DNA from: Gammaproteobacteria bacterium
GTDB lineage: Bacteria; Pseudomonadota; Gammaproteobacteria; G965277405
Assembly (NCBI GenBank): GCA_965277405.1
Contig: OZ255726.1
Coordinates: 32,001 to 96,000 of the forward strand
Direction: 5' to 3'
Length of the DNA: 64,000 nucleotides
Each line of letters opens with the position of its first letter. The first letter of the stretch is position 1. The notes beneath the pieces were generated by a model that was not told the DNA's origin, ran no database searches, and saw only the letters and a list, made by a program, of their open reading frames with translations. Below are positions 61,720 to 64,000 of the stretch, piece after piece. A program made the translations under genes and the position numbers.

Positions 61720-63326
61720 TAATCAGCAGGGATGTTATAGCTTGCAAAAAAATCGTTGCCTTTATCATCAACTATAATAAAAGCAGGAAATTTTTCAACT
61801 TGGATTTTCCAAACCGCTTCCATGTTGAGCTCAGGAAAATCAAGAACTTCAATACGTTTGATATAAGATTCTGCAACGTGTGCAGCAGTTCCGCCGATAG
61901 TCCCTAAATAAAAGCCACCATGCTTTTTGCATGCGGCGGTCACCTGGTTAGATCTGTTGCCTTTTGCCAGCATCACCATCGAGCCGCCGTATTCTTGCAT
62001 GATATCAACATATGTGTCCATCCGCCCAGCGGTGGTTGGACCAAATGAGCCAGAAGGTTTTCCTACAGGCGTTTTGGCAGGGCCCGCATAATACACTGGA
62101 GATTGTTTAAAGTATTCTGGTAGTCCACGCCCTTCGACAATTGCTTGTTTGAGCTTTTCGTGGGCAATGTCACGGGCAACTATCAATGTACCGCTCAACA
62201 ACACTTGCGTTGCAACAGGGTGTGGACGGAGTTGCTTAAGCGTTTGCTCCATGCCATCGTCAAGGTTAATTATTGGGGCTTTATTTTGCAGGCCAGTGAC
62301 AGCGATTTCAGGCATATAGCGTGCAGGCTCGTGCTCCAATTGTTCAAAAAATACCCCGTCTTCATCGATATAGGCAAGAGCTTGTCGATCTGCAGAGCAG
62401 GAAACACCGATTGCAATTGGCAGGCTTGCTCCGTGTCTGGGTAGGCGGACCACACGGACATCATGACAGAAATATGTGCCGCCAAACTGTGCGCCAATGC
62501 CAATTTTTTTACTGATTTCATACACCTGTTGCTCCAGCTTTGCATCGCGGAATACGCGTCCTGCAGCATCGCCGCTTGTTGGTAAATTATCAAGATAGTG
62601 ACAACTTGCCAATTTTACAGTCTTTAGTGCCAGTTCTGCTGAAGTGCCGCCGATAACCACGGCCAGATGGTACGGCGGGCATGCCGAGGTACCAATCGTT
62701 TTCATTTTTTCTTCAAGAAAAGCCAATAAGCTGGTTTCGTTGAGGATGGCGCGAGTTTGCTGGTATAAAAAACTCTTGTTGGCACTGCCTCCTCCTTTGG
62801 CGATGAACAAAAATTTATAACTATTACCTTTTGTAGAAAAAATATCGATTTGCGCAGGGAGGTTATTGCCCGTGTTCTGCTCTTCATACATTGACAACGG
62901 AGCCATTTGGCTAAAGCGTAAATTATGCTGTGCATACGCAGCAGAGATACCACTTTCTAATGCCGCGGTATCGTCACCATCAACAAAAACTTTTTCGCCT
63001 TTATATGCAGTGATGATTGCCGTACCAGTATCTTGGCACATCGGCAGTATTCCACCTGCAGCGATGTTAGCGTTTTTGAGCAAGTCAAAAGCGACAAATT
63101 TATCATTTTCTGACGCATGTTCATCTGCCAAAATACTAGCAAGTTGTTGCAAATGCTTGGGGCGCAGAAAGTGAGATATTTCATAAAACGCCAGCGTGGT
63201 CAGTAGTTGCAATAACTGTGCATCAACGCTTAAGATTTCGTGATCGCCAATACGTTCAATGCAAGGTTGTGGCGCCTCTAGCTCTAGCCTTTTAAATGGA
63301 GTATCGTTGTGGTGATATGTGAACAT
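61719..63326 (-). CDS. fumA: Class I fumarate hydratase
   Basis: [39 protein letters not shown]. Confidence 0.93.
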   Translation of the reverse strand: MFTYHHNDTPFKRLELEAPQPCIERIGDHEILSVDAQLLQLLTTLAFYEISHFLRPKHLQQLASILADEHASENDKFVAFDLLKNANIAAGGILPMCQDTGTAIITAYKGEKVFVDGDDTAALESGISAAYAQHNLRFSQMAPLSMYEEQNTGNNLPAQIDIFSTKGNSYKFLFIAKGGGSANKSFLYQQTRAILNETSLLAFLEEKMKTIGTSACPPYHLAVVIGGTSAELALKTVKLASCHYLDNLPTSGDAAGRVFRDAKLEQQVYEISKKIGIGAQFGGTYFCHDVRVVRLPRHGASLPIAIGVSCSADRQALAYIDEDGVFFEQLEHEPARYMPEIAVTGLQNKAPIINLDDGMEQTLKQLRPHPVATQVLLSGTLIVARDIAHEKLKQAIVEGRGLPEYFKQSPVYYAGPAKTPVGKPSGSFGPTTAGRMDTYVDIMQEYGGSMVMLAKGNRSNQVTAACKKHGGFYLGTIGGTAAHVAESYIKRIEVLDFPELNMEAVWKIQVEKFPAFIIVDDKGNDFFASYNIPAD

Positions 63327-63360
63327 TATGCCACAAGTATATCGGCACGTTCTTAAATAA

Positions 63361-63395
63361 AAAAAGCCGCTACAACTATTTTGTAGCGGCTTTTT
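63361..63395. terminator. Intrinsic terminator, potentially bidirectional
   Basis: AAAAAGCCGCTACAA-CTATT-TTGTAGCGGCTTTTT. Confidence 0.85.
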
Positions 63396-63462
63396 GATGT
63401 ATCTAAGATGGGTGAAGCGTCGCTGTTACAGCCGACAGCCACACTTCATTGCACCTTAATCC

Positions 63463-63790
63463 TTAAGCCCTAACGTCTTTGATAAGCACAATGCCAAGAG
63501 AAACCATCATCCGTACCATAACCACGGTGAACGGCAATGCACCAATAATCATCGCGCTTTTCAGTGAATCTAATGGATTAGCATCAATACCAGCATTGCC
63601 AGCAATAAACCAAAAAAACCAACGACTGCCGTAACAATAACGCCACAAATGATACGGTGTTTATTTTCTGTCTCGCTGCCGCCACCAGAGATGATGGTGT
63701 TAATGACTAACAGCCCAGAGTCAGCAGTAGTAACTAGGTATGTCAAAACTAAAAGCACACACATAACTGAGACAGACACATGAAACACTC
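63463..63790 (-). pseudogene. C-terminal remnant of a BCCT (betaine/choline/carnitine) transporter
   Basis: LTYLVTTADSG...KHRII / LKSAMIIGALPF split over two frames; 5' part missing at a MITE relic. Confidence 0.75.
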
Positions 63791-63796
63791 CGCTAA

Positions 63797-63843
63797 GGAA
63801 GCTCTGATTAACTCACTGCAGCAGCGAGTTAACCAGCGGTTGA
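63797..63843. repeat. Mini-palindrome built from two MITE ends
   Basis: CTAA|GGAAGCTCTGATTAACTCACTGC-A-GCAGCGAGTTAACCAGCGGTT. Confidence 0.72.
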
Positions 63844-64000
63844 TAAGGACTGCTATGGTTGTTTTAGTGTTTATTTTTCACCCATAAACAACTGAACACA
63901 TTACAAAATTAAAAGAAACCAAGCGGTGCCGTGCTATAACTCACCAATAAGTTCTTAGTTTGTTGATAATGATCGAGCATCATTTTGTGGGTCTCTCTAC

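Overview
The window is bacterial chromosome, most likely gammaproteobacterial. Scrambled operons, pseudogenes and heavy IS load suggest a host-associated lineage (inference). The housekeeping backbone includes deaD, a MATE pump, riboflavin synthase, hflX, gcvTHP under a tandem glycine riboswitch, rnd, rpsU, grxC-secB, a dpp/opp ABC system, argC, trkA, trkH, lolA, msrB, pntAB, pepP, prlC, xylB, parE, trmL and fumA. One IS5-family system dominates the repeats: 4 IS copies (2 intact), 8 MITEs of 120-295 bp and several 30-65 bp end relics. All share the end GGAANCTCTGATTAA and mostly YTAR 4-bp targets. The elements stack in tandem at one target, the MITE shows compensatory base changes in an internal stem, and element ends supply stop codons or an RBS to host genes. 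A ~14.4 kb decayed island (~13.9-28.4 kb) ends at tRNA-fMet. It holds lambdoid prophage relics (intact CI; broken Cro, Bet, lysozyme, tail tube and recombinase), an intact HTH+PD-(D/E)XK (COG2958/HrgA-like) gene, and an intact ABC-importer plus HDAC-family deacylase operon bracketed by relic IS ends. All calls come from reading motifs by eye; no searches were run.
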